A DNA stretch of 64,000 nt, taken from an uncultured Methanosarcinales archaeon (GTDB taxonomy: Archaea; Halobacteriota; Methanosarcinia; Methanotrichales; Methanotrichaceae). Within the stretch, counting starts at the first letter, position 1, and every line of letters begins with the position of its first letter. The DNA lies in the NCBI GenBank assembly GCA_963843555.1, contig CAWJKV010000018.1, forward strand, positions 61,381 through 125,380, written 5' to 3'. The notes below the pieces were generated by a model, which was not told the origin of the DNA, ran no database searches, and saw only the letters and a program-made list of their open reading frames with translations. Both the position numbers and the translations under genes were made by a program. This document shows positions 9,911 to 22,604 of the stretch, one piece after another.

Positions 9911-10537
9911 TTATATGGATCGAGAATCCATCTCATAAGCCTTAGCACGACGAAGCTGCACAACAAATCCAACAGCCCCCAAGGCAATCCACAGGACAGT
10001 CCAGGCAGTTGACGCCTCGATAAGGTATTTTGCCAGCTCCTGCAAGCCACCCTGCAGGGAAATATCGCCTATCAGCAACATGATTCCTATTATGATGGCA
10101 ATGGACCCCAGCAATGATGTTGACACAATTATAACAAATTTAGGCAAGTGGAAGCGGATTGCCAGAAGGGCTACGACTATGGCAACAATTAGCCCGATTA
10201 GTGCAGGAATTAGTCCAGGCTCAAAGCCCAAAGACGTAACGACAGTCCATCCCACAAAATAGCCTAAAGACGCACCCATGAGAATAATCGCCACCGGAAA
10301 GAAAAGGTAGGCAATCACAGCGAAAATTAGGCCAACAATTGCACCAGCTACAATGATGACAACCATGGACAAGAGGCTTTCTCCGTAAACGCTTGAAACA
10401 CCATGGGCTCCCATGGAAAAGCCGGTTATAAAACCCCATACAGGCAGCAGGATCATGAACCACTTAAAGCCTCCAAAACAGAATGCTGCTCCAATTAATA
10501 TAGTTACAAATGCCACCAAGATGCTTTCTAAAGCCAT
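9911..10537 (-). CDS. DUF4203 (TMEM198-like) multi-pass membrane protein
   Basis: G..FCF.G....LP.WGF..G pattern, ~7 hydrophobic helices, TSLLGS. Confidence 0.75.
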   Translation of the reverse strand: MALESILVAFVTILIGAAFCFGGFKWFMILLPVWGFITGFSMGAHGVSSVYGESLLSMVVIIVAGAIVGLIFAVIAYLFFPVAIILMGASLGYFVGWTVVTSLGFEPGLIPALIGLIVAIVVALLAIRFHLPKFVIIVSTSLLGSIAIIIGIMLLIGDISLQGGLQELAKYLIEASTAWTVLWIALGAVGFVVQLRRAKAYEMDSRSI

Positions 10538-10735
10538 TTACAGCCTCCTGATTGACTCTCACTATTTTTGACTTATCAAGCCTGTCGCAATGATTGCCTA
10601 TTTATTTCTGTATTCCAATCGCAGCCAGATAGCTGTATCACTTGAATCCATTGCATTTGAAACGCGAGAGTAGCTCTCGCACTTCAGACGAGCTTGATTT
10701 CTTCATGCTTTTTCCTTTGGATCCCTCATAGCTTC

Positions 10736-12535
10736 CTATCTTCCGGAAAGCGCTCTCATGTTTTTTGCGATGGACATTACTATCATAGCCAACAGGCCTA
10801 GCATGATAATCTGCCAGAAGAAATCCTTGATCAGGATTATGGCCGCGATTATCGCTAATATTACGATTATATTGAGCAGGAATTTTGTAAAACGACCCCA
10901 TATTGTTGCCTCAATGGCTAAGAAGAATGCAGCAACTACAAAGATCCAGAGGAGCAAATCATTAGGCCTTAAGAAAGCAAGCGCAACGAAAGCGAATAGC
11001 AAAAGCCCGCCGCTGATTGCAGTCCAATACGCACCGAATCGCCCCATAGGTCCTAACGGCGGCTCTGGATAGCGCTTAGTTTGGATATGAGCATGGGGAT
11101 CACCCCAATCACCTTTTTGGATGTCCTGCAAGTAGGACTGGGTAGCTGCGGATAATTCAATTAGATTTGTGTGGCGGGCGACTTGCGCTTTTAGTTCATT
11201 TTCGGCTGTTGCCAAGTCCTTTTGATAGGCCTGGTGAAGTTTATTGAGATATTCTGTTTTCTTAAGGGCTTGTACCTCCAATTCTAAATGGCGTAAGCTG
11301 TCTCGTTTTCCTTCAATATCGGCTTCTGATGCTTTTATTTCCTCTGACAGAGCAGAAATCTTATCCTTTAATCGTTCCGGCAGGAGTTTAGGTGGAGGAA
11401 CCTTGTCTAGCCCAGACCAGCCCAGAGGATCGTACCAGGATATGCGAATGGTCCCGTCTCTATTAAACTTGGGACCGGCCGGTCCACGCTCTCCTCCAAA
11501 ACGATCTCTGGTGTCCATGCCCCATAGGCCGCGGTATTGTTCTGCCCATCCCATATCTTCTTTCAAGACGATAGGCGTCCAGCTCTCTTGCTGTCCAGGT
11601 CCAATGCTCAGCCCATCCCCCCTGGCATAATCTATGTAAGGCATAACCAGCCTGGATTCTTGCTCGTCCTCGCTTGCAAAAACGCCCTGACCCAATGTCT
11701 GGCTCCAAAAATACCTGAGCTTTGCTGACACATTATTGATGATGCGCAGGAATTTGGGCTCGATGCTTATCAGATAGTCGCCTGGCAAGAAATAGCTGGA
11801 ATGTGAGCCTCCGCCGGCAAATATGACTGGGTGAGTGCCATCGGACTTTTGCAGATCCGGGTCGTCCCATCTTCTCCTCAAGTCGTCGCCGGAAAAATCG
11901 TGTGATGCAAAAGCAACCCAAGCAGGCGTTGGGTCATCGTCATCGGAAAGATAGATAAAAATTTGCTCCCAGTCGGATTCGTGATCGTTGATGCCATCGA
12001 AGGTGGAGCGGAAATCATTCATTACGTAAAAGAAAATATAATGCAAGACTATATAGCCGCCTTCGCGAAGAACTCTCGAATAATAGACATATTTGTGATC
12101 TTTGTCTAACATTTCCCGATACTGCACTTCCGCGTTCGCCGTTGTGCCGCTTGGAATCATCCCTCGTACCAGGAAGGAGGCATCGTTAAAAGAATCCACA
12201 ATGCGCGAGAACAAGCCTACCCGAGCCATCCGCCCCAAAGTTTGAAAAGATGGTCTATTTGGGCGAAGCCGCCAGCTCTGATAGTCAATAACATCCATTG
12301 GCGCGTCAACAAAGCGCAAGAAGAGCACATGCTTGGGCGGGACCTCTTTGAACAAACCCAGCTTTTCCGCGGAAAGTTCACCCACCTCGGCAAGTAATTT
12401 CTCGTTGCCATGATCATCACGAATCCATAAGCTGCAGCGCTGAAGATACCCGTCCACTGCACATGGATAGAAGAGTTCACCTCTTGTGAAGTGGACAACA
12501 GGTTCAAATTTCTGTAATAGTTTTAGCTCTTCCAT
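10736..12535 (-). CDS. Hypothetical protein: NPP1/Vps62-like N-terminal domain, coiled coil, 3 C-terminal TM helices
   Basis: LHYIFFY..ND...HESDWE and GSHSSY motifs; coiled coil at ~aa 385-465; hydrophobic tail. Confidence 0.65.
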   Translation of the reverse strand: MEELKLLQKFEPVVHFTRGELFYPCAVDGYLQRCSLWIRDDHGNEKLLAEVGELSAEKLGLFKEVPPKHVLFLRFVDAPMDVIDYQSWRLRPNRPSFQTLGRMARVGLFSRIVDSFNDASFLVRGMIPSGTTANAEVQYREMLDKDHKYVYYSRVLREGGYIVLHYIFFYVMNDFRSTFDGINDHESDWEQIFIYLSDDDDPTPAWVAFASHDFSGDDLRRRWDDPDLQKSDGTHPVIFAGGGSHSSYFLPGDYLISIEPKFLRIINNVSAKLRYFWSQTLGQGVFASEDEQESRLVMPYIDYARGDGLSIGPGQQESWTPIVLKEDMGWAEQYRGLWGMDTRDRFGGERGPAGPKFNRDGTIRISWYDPLGWSGLDKVPPPKLLPERLKDKISALSEEIKASEADIEGKRDSLRHLELEVQALKKTEYLNKLHQAYQKDLATAENELKAQVARHTNLIELSAATQSYLQDIQKGDWGDPHAHIQTKRYPEPPLGPMGRFGAYWTAISGGLLLFAFVALAFLRPNDLLLWIFVVAAFFLAIEATIWGRFTKFLLNIIVILAIIAAIILIKDFFWQIIMLGLLAMIVMSIAKNMRALSGR

Positions 12536-12971
12536 CCTTCACCTCTTCACCCTTGCTTACAAATACCCTCTGGACATCCTTCTGATTGAGATAGAACACA
12601 ATTATAACATTAAGAAGCATAGTGAGATAAGTGGGTTGAGCGTGGAGGTATCCCCAAATATCGACCAGGATGCTTGAGCCAACTTGGATCATCAATAGCA
12701 ACCAGGCCCAGCGCTCTAAACGCCACAGTCCAAAAATAATAACAAGTTCGAAGATGATAAATATCGGAAAAAAGCTGTATTGCAGCAATAATATTCCTAT
12801 AGGAGCTCCTTTCATATCAAGCAATTGAATGGCATCGTCTCCATAATTCACCCCTCGAGAGGCAACGAAGATCAATGCTAACAACAAGGAGTAGAGGATC
12901 ATCATGAAGATGATAACAGAAATTCCAAAGGGATGTTTTCGTGTTGATCGATCGATCGGTTCGGTATTCAT
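12504..12971 (-). CDS. Membrane protein (DUF2127-like)
   Basis: P.GI, GLW.L.RWAW, N..IV.YL....V...F pattern. Confidence 0.65.
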   Translation of the reverse strand: MNTEPIDRSTRKHPFGISVIIFMMILYSLLLALIFVASRGVNYGDDAIQLLDMKGAPIGILLLQYSFFPIFIIFELVIIFGLWRLERWAWLLLMIQVGSSILVDIWGYLHAQPTYLTMLLNVIIVFYLNQKDVQRVFVSKGEEVKDGRAKTITEI

Positions 12972-13123
12972 AATTTCCTCAACTCATCCTAGCAAGATCC
13001 CGGAGACTATATTCCTGCAATCACTCATTTGCACAATGCTTATTTCCCATCTATGCATAAATAAGTTTGGTCCTCGCCGTCCTGAGTGGTTAGGTGTAAG
13101 GTTTAATAAGACGAATGTATTTT

Positions 13124-13150
13124 AAAAAAAGAGGAGCTTTGAAAGCTCCT
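13124..13150 (-). terminator. Hairpin + T-run terminator after hdeD-like gene
   Basis: aggagcttt-g-aaagctcct inverted repeat followed on the minus strand by T7. Confidence 0.65.
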
Positions 13151-13173
13151 TCGTGGTCAATAATCGAACGGCT

Positions 13174-13719
13174 TTACATTTTGCGCATCTTAAACGCCAT
13201 ATATATGGTAACCAATCCTCCGATTATTCCCAAGGCAGCCAGGAAATACACCAGCAACACCACGCCCATGTAAGGCGAACTGAGCAATATCAGACCGAAG
13301 AGTATGCTGAGAACACCCATGATGGCTGCGCCCCACCCTGCCTTGAGCGCCCAAAATAAGCTAATAGCTCCGAAACAAATTCCCAGAATGCCTACTAATA
13401 GGATTAGAGAAGTAGGCAGCAGAACTGCGCTCGCCATCGGGTATCCCAATATCAATAAACCTGCCACTATTCCCAGAATACCACTGGCGATCTTCCAGAT
13501 CATATCGGTTCTATCCATGAAAAGATAGACCAGAGTCAATATACCTATAATAAGCCAATACCATCCGAGGACTTGCACTAGAAATAGAGTTGTTCTTGCA
13601 GGACTTATGATCAAATATATTCCTATGATCAATGCTGCCAACCCTTCCAACAGAACAAGCCACCAGGGAGGGAGGTTAGCGTCCGCCCTCGATGTTGTTG
13701 ATTGAGATGTTTCTGTCAT
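13174..13719 (-). CDS. HdeD/DUF308 family membrane protein
   Basis: WW..LL.G...IIG......P...G.YW...G repeats, 6 TM helices. Confidence 0.85.
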   Translation of the reverse strand: MTETSQSTTSRADANLPPWWLVLLEGLAALIIGIYLIISPARTTLFLVQVLGWYWLIIGILTLVYLFMDRTDMIWKIASGILGIVAGLLILGYPMASAVLLPTSLILLVGILGICFGAISLFWALKAGWGAAIMGVLSILFGLILLSSPYMGVVLLVYFLAALGIIGGLVTIYMAFKMRKM

Positions 13720-14024
13720 AAAGATCCCCCTTAACTATCTTCAATTACCTGATTACTGGTCTTTGTAACCTTAAATGAATTGAGCTTCATAATATAAAGA
13801 ACTTTTGTTTATTTGAACATTTTCAGGAGGATTTTCTCATTTTCATGTTCGCTGCTTATAAACTACAGCCCTCCGTATTATTAGCATCAAACAGAGTGAG
13901 CTCTCTTCCTCAAGATCATGGCTTACGGTTGATTGCATCGCTGCAAGATAACTATTCTAATATATATCCTGAGCACGGAGCATTGCAAAAAATATATAAG
14001 ACAAATTCTTTTATATCTGGATTA

Positions 14025-15080
14025 TCATTCGCGGCCGTTCCTGGGAAAAATAGCCTCTGCTATGGCCTCTGCGGGAGACCTTATTATCTTTCCTATGGCA
14101 ATAACAGCCTTGCTCCTAACTAGCAGATTTTCATCATTCAGCGAATTTGTCAGAGGCTCTATTGCTTTTATATCACCAATTTCTCCCAGAGCAATTGCTG
14201 CCGCTCCTCTTGCATTAGCATTTGAATCATTGAGAACGTATATCAAGGGATTAACAGCTCTTGGGTCTCCAATTTTTCCAAGTGCTAAGGCTGCAGCCTC
14301 TCTGATATTGCTGTCTTCATCAGTCAGAGTTCGAACCAGTGGATCCAAAGCATTTGGATCTCCAATCTCCCCCAACGCTTCGATAGCAGCCACTTTTACT
14401 GCATTATCTCCATCCTCTGTTGCCTTAATAACTGGTTCGACGGCCTTCGGATCACCTATTTGTCCCAATGCCCACGCGGCCTCCGCTCTTACGGCACTAT
14501 TCTCATCCGAGAGAGCGAGGATTAGGGCATCTGTTGCCGTTGTGTTATTGAGCTGTCCTAAAGCTCCTGCAGCCGCTATTCTAACGCTGGTATCTTCGTC
14601 TGTGAGGGTCTGACTCAGAGGATCAATGGCCATCGGATCGCCTATCAGACCTAGAGCCCAGGCAGCAGCTCCTCTCACATTGCTATCGCTGTCCTGCAAT
14701 GTCTGGCTCAGGGGATCGACTGCTTTGGGGTTTCCGATCATTCCCAGAGCCCACGATGCAGATCTCCTCACATTGCTATCTCTATCATTCAGAGCCTCTA
14801 TGAGAGGATCAACTGCCTTTTCATCTCCTATCAACCCCAGGGCAAGAGCTGATGACGACCTTAAAACACTTCCATTGCCATTTAAGGCAGCTATTAAGTG
14901 ATCTGTTGCTTGAGGATCTTGGCTTTCCCCAAGTGCCATGGCGGCCTCGCTCTGCATTGTTGTGTTCTCGCTTGCCAGGTCCAAAACCAGTTCGTCTATT
15001 TCTTCAGCACTGGAAGCTATCACTGAAGTTAAACTGAGAAGAATAATGATTGATGCTAAACTAATTAATCTCAAAATCAA
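14025..15080 (-). CDS. PBS-lyase HEAT-repeat protein with signal peptide
   Basis: About ten 31-aa repeats VR..AA.ALG.IGD.KAV.PLI..L.D; hydrophobic N-terminus. Confidence 0.9.
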   Translation of the reverse strand: MILRLISLASIIILLSLTSVIASSAEEIDELVLDLASENTTMQSEAAMALGESQDPQATDHLIAALNGNGSVLRSSSALALGLIGDEKAVDPLIEALNDRDSNVRRSASWALGMIGNPKAVDPLSQTLQDSDSNVRGAAAWALGLIGDPMAIDPLSQTLTDEDTSVRIAAAGALGQLNNTTATDALILALSDENSAVRAEAAWALGQIGDPKAVEPVIKATEDGDNAVKVAAIEALGEIGDPNALDPLVRTLTDEDSNIREAAALALGKIGDPRAVNPLIYVLNDSNANARGAAAIALGEIGDIKAIEPLTNSLNDENLLVRSKAVIAIGKIIRSPAEAIAEAIFPRNGRE

Positions 15081-15363
15081 ACCTCCTTTAACACATATGG
15101 TTTCTAAAACTTATAATTATTTTTGGTTCCTCGCTATTCTGAGTGGTATGGGGTGAGGATTAATAATATCATTTATTGAATTATTATCATGACGCTCTTG
15201 CAGGAAGAACTATTCAAATTGATCTTATCCGAGATCTATATCTTGAGATTGTCCTTTAGAGGCTAATACTATTTGGCCCTTAACCATTCCTTCGTCTTAA
15301 ATAAGAAAAACGTATATATCTAATAAGTTTTATACAGAAGAGAAAACTCGAAAATCCCGTTGC

Positions 15364-15547
15364 TTAGGAGATCAGCAGGCCATTCAAGAAAAGATAAGGG
15401 CGGCTTATCCAAACCGAAGATGGATTGGCGCTTCTACCACTGCCCAGTAGCCTTGAAGAGATGAAAGACCTGGTTTTGGCAGGGATAGAATAGAAGAGGA
15501 ATCAGTGGACAAGTATTGCAGAGAGGACGAAAGAGGTCTATGCTTAA
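15364..15547 (+). pseudogene. Possible gene remnant upstream of the ATPase operon
   Basis: Protein-like pieces LGDQQAIQEKIRAA / IQTEDGLALLPLPSSLEEMKDLVLAGIE*KRNQWTSIAERTKEVYA* with frameshift and TAG at 15491. Confidence 0.3.
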
Positions 15548-15673
15548 GTTATGTCTTAGAGGATTCCCATTAACCAATATGTTTTCGCCTCTCCTTAAAT
15601 ATTATATATAAAACCTTGCGGAAAATCAGAGTTAATAGGAATCATCTAATTGAAAATTTATAGAAGTAGGAAA

Positions 15674-17076
<1,403 letters not shown>

Positions 17077-17080
<4 letters not shown>

Positions 17081-17463
17081 GGTTGAAAGTCATCCTTCCC
17101 ATGCAGGTCCTCATCGATCAGGAAGTGACGAAGATTGTTGCTGAAGCGGAAGATGGTTCTTTCGGCATACTTCCAAAGCATATCGATTTTGTGGCAGCAC
17201 TTGTCCCAGGTATCTTTTCTTTTGAGTCGGATAATGGAGAGGAATTTCTCGCCATTGACGAGGGAATTCTGGTTAAATGCGCATCTGATGTCATGATTTC
17301 CACAAGAAAAGCGGTACGCAGCAAAGATCTGGGAGAGCTGAAAAAGACAGTGGAATATGAGTTCAATATACTCGATGAACGAGAGAAAAAAACTCGCTCC
17401 ATTCTGGCCAAGCTTGAGGTAGATTTTACCAAGCGCTTCTTAAAAATGAGGGAGAAGGTGTGA
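17077..17463 (+). CDS. atpC: N-ATPase epsilon subunit
   Basis: GSFGILPKHIDFVAALVPG, D.G.LVK motifs; operon position. Confidence 0.9.
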
Positions 17464-17784
17464 TGGCTAAATTGAAAGCCGGAAATTCTGAAGGAGTTTA
17501 CAGAAAAGGTAGGCACGAAAGAAGCGCGCAAAATGAAAGCCAGAAGGGATAGAAACAAGGGCATATGGATCGGTCTGGGAATGATGGGAATGATTGGCTG
17601 GTCGGTGGCCATCCCCACTTTGATCGGCGTAACCATTGGGATCTGGATGGATACCAGATACCCAGGACATATCTCCTGGACTCTTACATTTTTGTCCATT
17701 GGCTTAGCGGTTGGTTGTGTTAATGCCTGGTATTGGGTTGAGCGAGAACGGAAAAAGATTGAGGGAATTCGAAGCGATGAATGA
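17463..17784 (+). CDS. atpQ: N-ATPase AtpQ (AtpI/gene-1 like); +1 frameshift near 5' end
   Basis: GMMGMIGWSVAIPTLIG...GIWMD...GC.NAW.WV. Confidence 0.8.
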
Positions 17785-18065
17785 AATTCTAACGCTGACA
17801 CTAAGCTTGATATCCGGCATTCTGCTTGGATTTTTCTACTTCGGAGGGCTGTGGCTGACTTTGAAGCGTCTGCATCAATCAAACCAGCCGGCTCTCTTGA
17901 CAATAGGCAGTTTACTGGGACGATCGGCAGTTTGCCTCTTTGGCTTTTACCTCATTTCCAGAAAGCGGTTTAGAAGTGTTGTTCCTCAGCCTGGCGGGTT
18001 TCGTTTTGTCCAAGATTGCATTGATTCATCGCTTTGGTCTTCAGGCTCATAAGGAGGCAGACTAA
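17777..18065 (+). CDS. atpR: N-ATPase AtpR subunit; frameshift ~17965
   Basis: G..LG.FYFGGLW.T motif; second frame gives LSLAGFVLSK... Confidence 0.75.
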
Positions 18066-18769
18066 GTGGTCGAGTTGAGTCCCTGATGAGGTGGTGTTCT
18101 GGCAATGGGGATTCGTCTCCATCAATGAAACAATAGTCTTCACCTGGGCGTAATGGCATTGCTCGTCATTTTGGGCTGGCTGTCGCACGCCGTCTTTCCG
18201 TGGAACCGCCGCTCTCGCGCTCGCAGAACCTGTGTTGAAACAATCATTACCTACATGCAAAGCCAGATACGAGATATCGCCCAGATGAATCCGGATCTTT
18301 ATTTGCCCTTCTCAGGCACTTTATTTCTATTCATCTCGGTTGCCAATTTGCTGGATATCGTGCCTGGTTATCGTACGCCGACCAGCTCCATCTCCACAAC
18401 CGCAGCGCTGGCCATCTGCGTCTTCTTTGCTGTTCCTGTTTACGGAATTTCACAATCAGGGATCTGGTCGGCTATCTCAAGCACTATGTTGAGCCCACAG
18501 TCTTGATGCTGCCTTTCCACATTATTGGGGAGTTTTCTCGCACACTGGCCATGGCGGTAAGGCTGTTCGGGAATATGATGAGCGAGACCATGTTGATGGC
18601 AATTTTACTCACCATCGCCCCTTTATTCTTGCCTGTGTTGCTGGAATTGCTGGGGCTGCTTATCGGTCAGGTGCAGGCATATATCTTCGCGGTTCTGGCC
18701 ACCGTTTACATTGTTTCAGCAAGCTCGAATGAGGGAAAAACTGTAAAAGGTTCTAAAGGAGGAAATTGA
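18066..18769 (+). pseudogene. atpB: N-ATPase a subunit, several frameshifts
   Basis: PDEVVFWQWG, GTLFLFI..AN...PT....TT.ALA, LAMAVRLFGN, GQVQAYIF.VL..VYI across frames. Confidence 0.85.
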
Positions 18770-18786
18770 TATGGCTAGGCGTTGAT

Positions 18787-19053
18787 ATGGCAAGTGTTGA
18801 TACTATCGGCATGGCTTCCATTGTTGTGGCAGGAATGACCATGGCCATCGGCTCCATCGGGCCGGCAATCGGCGAAGGCTGGGCATTGTCCAAGGCATTG
18901 AGCGCTATCGCTCAGCAGCCTGATGAGGCAAATACTATAACTCGAACTCTCTTCGTCGGCCTGGCCATGGTGGAATCTATTGCCATTTACTGCTTTGTGA
19001 TATCTATCATCCTGATCTTTGCCAATCCCTTCTGGAACTATGTGGCAAAATAG
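18787..19053 (+). CDS. atpE: N-ATPase c subunit
   Basis: GPAIGEG, AQQP, LFVGLAMVES.AIY, FANPFW typical of N-ATPase c subunits. Confidence 0.92.
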   Translation: MASVDTIGMASIVVAGMTMAIGSIGPAIGEGWALSKALSAIAQQPDEANTITRTLFVGLAMVESIAIYCFVISIILIFANPFWNYVAK

Positions 19054-19062
19054 GAGGACAAA

Positions 19063-19876
19063 GTGCAGATAGACTATTTCACTATAATTGCCCAAATTAT
19101 CAACTTTCTAATACTGGTCTTCCTGCTCAGGCACTTTCTGTACGGGCCTCTCCTCAGATCGATGGACGAGCGAGAGCAGAAAATAAGCACTCGATTGAAG
19201 GAGGCCGAACAACAGATGAAAGAGGCAGAGCAAGAGACAGACTCTTACTCGCAAAATATTACAGGAATTATCAGAAAAAAGTGAGGAAATGAACACCAAG
19301 GCAGCAGAAGAAGCACAGAGTTTGGAGAAAGCTTTAATGCAAAAAGCGCGCGACAGCGTTGAGGCGAGCAGAGCCAAATGGTTTGAGGATTTTGAGCACC
19401 AAAAAGAGTCAATTCTTGTAGATCTTGGCAAGCATGCAGGCGCTGAGATATATTCCATTGTCCGCCGCGCCCTACAGGATCTTGCTGACGAGAATATGGA
19501 GCACCAGATACTCAATACGTTCATCAAACGCCTGCAAAATATGGATGCCTTTGAAAATGGCAAATTTAAGGAATTTTATAAAACTACTGGCCAGCAAATC
19601 ATTATGAAGAGCACTTTTGAGATTGCCGAAGAGATGCGCCAAAAGATAAAGGAAATTGTTCGCAATCAAACCGGAAGGGACGTGAAAATGCAGTTCAAGA
19701 TTGTGCCGGAGTTGATCTGCGGGGTGGAAATGAGCACTCACGACATGAGGATTGGCTGGAGCATCGCCAGCTATCTAAATGTGTTGGAAGCTGATTTGCA
19801 AGAAGGGCTTGAGCAAAGAGCATCCAAAGAAACACAGAATAATGGTGCTGGGGAAAATGAAAACCAACGAAAATAA
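19063..19876 (+). CDS. atpF: N-ATPase b subunit (b-delta-like fusion); +1 frameshift ~19249
   Basis: [23 protein letters not shown]-terminal LICGVE...IGWS...YL. Confidence 0.85.
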
Positions 19877-21371
19877 AGAATTTCAGGATGCTCTGGCCAA
19901 AACCTTTGTTGGTCTCAGTCGAACCCTTGAAAGCTACCAGCCTCAACTGAATTTTGAAGAGATAGGGATAATATCCTATCTGGGTAACGGCATAGCTCGC
20001 ATTAAGGGTTTGCCGCACATAAAATCAGAGGAACTCATCGAATTTGCTGGAGAAAAATTGGGGATTGCCTTCAACCTGGATCCGGAAGAAGTTGCGGTCA
20101 TCATGCTCGATAAGAGCGAAGACGTAAAAGCAGGGCAGGAAGTGCGTCGAACCGGAAGGGTCATGGATGTGCCTGTGGGAGAAGAGCTTCTGGGAAGGGT
20201 GGTAGATGCAACGGGAAGGCCGCTTGATGAAGGCAAACCAATCCGCCCTTCAGAAAGACGACCCATCGAGCGCGAAGCTCCGGCGATTATGGATCGAGCT
20301 CCTGTTAATATCCCGCTTCAGACAGGAATCCTCGTGGTGGATTCCATGATTCCTGTAGGCAGAGGCCAGCGGGAATTGATACTGGGAGACCGTCAGATTG
20401 GTAAGACGGCAGTTGCTCTTGACGCCATTGTCAATCAACAAAAAGAAGGGATGATATGCGTTTATTGCGCTATCGGACAGCAGAGATCGGCAGTAGCCAG
20501 AGTGATTGCCGATTTACATAAGTATGATGTCATGAAAAATTGTATTGCTGTTGTGGCAACAGGCGATGATCCACCCGGTCTAAATTTCATTGCTCCCTAT
20601 GCCGCCACCACTATGGCGGAGTACTTCATGGAAAAAGGGCAGGATGTGCTGATCGTATATGACGATTTGACCCGCCATGCTCGTTCTTACCGGGAGCTGT
20701 CTCTATTGTTGCGCCGTCCTCCCGGCAGGGAGGCCTTTCCGGGAGACATATTCTATATTCATTCCCGCCTCCTGGAGAGATCCACTCATCTGAAAAGCGG
20801 CGGCACCCTTACAGCTTTGCCCATCATTGAAACTGAGGCTCAGGACATTTCAGCTTACATTCCCACTAATCTCATTTCTATTACCGATGGCCAGATCTAT
20901 CTTTCCCCCGATCTATACCAGGAGGGAGTTTTGCCTGCTATTGATGTGAGTAAATCTGTCTCTCGTGTGGGAGGAAAGAGCCAGCTCCCGGCTTATCGTG
21001 AGGTTGTAGGCGATCTGCGCCTTTCTTATTCCCAATTCCAGGAGCTGGAAGCTTTTGCAAGATTTGGAACCAAGCTGGACGAAGAGACCCGAAAAACTCT
21101 GGAACGTGGACGGCGAATCCGCGAAGTGCTGAAACAGCCCCGGTATGAACTAATACCGGCTCCGGTGCAGATTGCCATTCTTCTGGCTGTTACTGCAGGT
21201 ATTTTGGACAATATTTTGCTAGACGAGATTTCTTCCGCAAAAAAAGCAATCAGAAAGGCGTTTTCAGAAGAGGCACCGGAATTATATCAGCGGATTTCAT
21301 CTGCCGGAAAGCTCAGTTCTGATGATAAGGAGAAGATTCTGAGCATATCTAGAAATGCTCTGAAAAAATAA
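19857..21371 (+). CDS. atpA: N-ATPase alpha subunit (intact)
   Basis: [40 protein letters not shown]. Confidence 0.95.
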   Translation: MKTNENKEFQDALAKTFVGLSRTLESYQPQLNFEEIGIISYLGNGIARIKGLPHIKSEELIEFAGEKLGIAFNLDPEEVAVIMLDKSEDVKAGQEVRRTGRVMDVPVGEELLGRVVDATGRPLDEGKPIRPSERRPIEREAPAIMDRAPVNIPLQTGILVVDSMIPVGRGQRELILGDRQIGKTAVALDAIVNQQKEGMICVYCAIGQQRSAVARVIADLHKYDVMKNCIAVVATGDDPPGLNFIAPYAATTMAEYFMEKGQDVLIVYDDLTRHARSYRELSLLLRRPPGREAFPGDIFYIHSRLLERSTHLKSGGTLTALPIIETEAQDISAYIPTNLISITDGQIYLSPDLYQEGVLPAIDVSKSVSRVGGKSQLPAYREVVGDLRLSYSQFQELEAFARFGTKLDEETRKTLERGRRIREVLKQPRYELIPAPVQIAILLAVTAGILDNILLDEISSAKKAIRKAFSEEAPELYQRISSAGKLSSDDKEKILSISRNALKK

Positions 21372-21381
21372 GAGGAACAAG

Positions 21382-22263
21382 ATGGAAGAGCTGGAACGTT
21401 TGAAAAGGAAGATCAAAAATGCCAGCGAGTTGCAGTCTCTGGTCAAGATAATGAAGACGATTTCTGCGTCTAACATCCGAGAATATGAACAGGCAGTATC
21501 TTCCCTCACGGAGTACAATAATACCATTGAGTTGGGTCTTCAGATCGTACTGCGAAATAAACCAAAGGATCTTTGGACAGCCGGCGCTTCGGAGGGGGAA
21601 AAACGCCTAGGCGCGGTGATCTTCGGTTCTGAACAGGGACTATGCGGTAATTTTAACGAGCAAATTTCAGCCTATGCTATCGAGAGAATGAATGAGTCTG
21701 AGCATAAAGATCTTACAGCTCTTGCAGTTGGAGAGCGGGTAGTTGCCCACCTTGAAAAAGCAGGACAACCAGTTGAGACGCATTTTTCCTTTTATGGTAA
21801 CAATTTGGGCATCACACAGGTTATGCTGGAAATGCTGGTCAAGATAGAGGAGTGGCGAACGAAAAAAGGTATTGACCAAATAGTACTCTTCTACAACAGG
21901 TCAGCGCCGAATGCGGCATTTAGTCCTCATATGGTGAATCTCATCCCACTTGATGCTAAATGGCTAGGCGGCCTGACTGAAAGAAAGTGGCGATCCCACA
22001 CTCTGCCTACCTTCTCCATGGACGTCGATCAACTTTTTTCATCTCTAATGCGGCAGTACCTTTTCGTCTCCCTTCATCGTGCTTTTATTGAATCCCTGGC
22101 CAGCGAGAATGCCAGTCGGCTCTTGTCTATGCAGATGGCAGAGAAAAATATAGAAGAGCACCTGAGTGAGCTTAATGTTCAATTTCATAGAGAGCGCCAG
22201 GCAGGTATAACCTCAGAATTGTTGGATGTGGTGACGGGATTTGAAGCATTGACCGGCGAGTAA
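21382..22263 (+). CDS. atpG: N-ATPase gamma subunit (intact)
   Basis: GSEQGLCGNFN, SLASEN.SRL.SM..AEKNI, RQ..IT.EL. Confidence 0.93.
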   Translation: MEELERLKRKIKNASELQSLVKIMKTISASNIREYEQAVSSLTEYNNTIELGLQIVLRNKPKDLWTAGASEGEKRLGAVIFGSEQGLCGNFNEQISAYAIERMNESEHKDLTALAVGERVVAHLEKAGQPVETHFSFYGNNLGITQVMLEMLVKIEEWRTKKGIDQIVLFYNRSAPNAAFSPHMVNLIPLDAKWLGGLTERKWRSHTLPTFSMDVDQLFSSLMRQYLFVSLHRAFIESLASENASRLLSMQMAEKNIEEHLSELNVQFHRERQAGITSELLDVVTGFEALTGE

Positions 22264-22604
22264 AGAAAAGACTAGGAGTTTATGAACGAACAAATTCACC
22301 CCTGATCTCTCGTCAAAGGCATGTTTAGATCAGAGGCGAGACCACCTCTTCGGATCTCGTATCATTATAATTCTAGTGATAAAATTTATCTGTAGTGCTT
22401 GCAGAACCGTATTCTGCAGTAGAAAAACCATTATCTTCTATAGTCTGCGAACAAACCCGGAAAATAGCGCTAGCACTTGATCTTTCTACCACTAGGCCTG
22501 AGTGTAAATAAAATGCGAACAGAGGCCATAGACAAGGTTTAAAAAGAATCAGAATACTAATACAATGTAATCATAGATTATCGGTTTGGAATCAAATCTT
22601 AAGG

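Noticed and set aside
13933..14901. Plus-strand ORFs of 226 and 91 aa
   Set aside because: Antisense shadows of the HEAT-repeat gene.
17118..17903. 261-aa minus-strand ORF
   Set aside because: Antisense to atpC/atpQ/atpR, no recognisable motifs.
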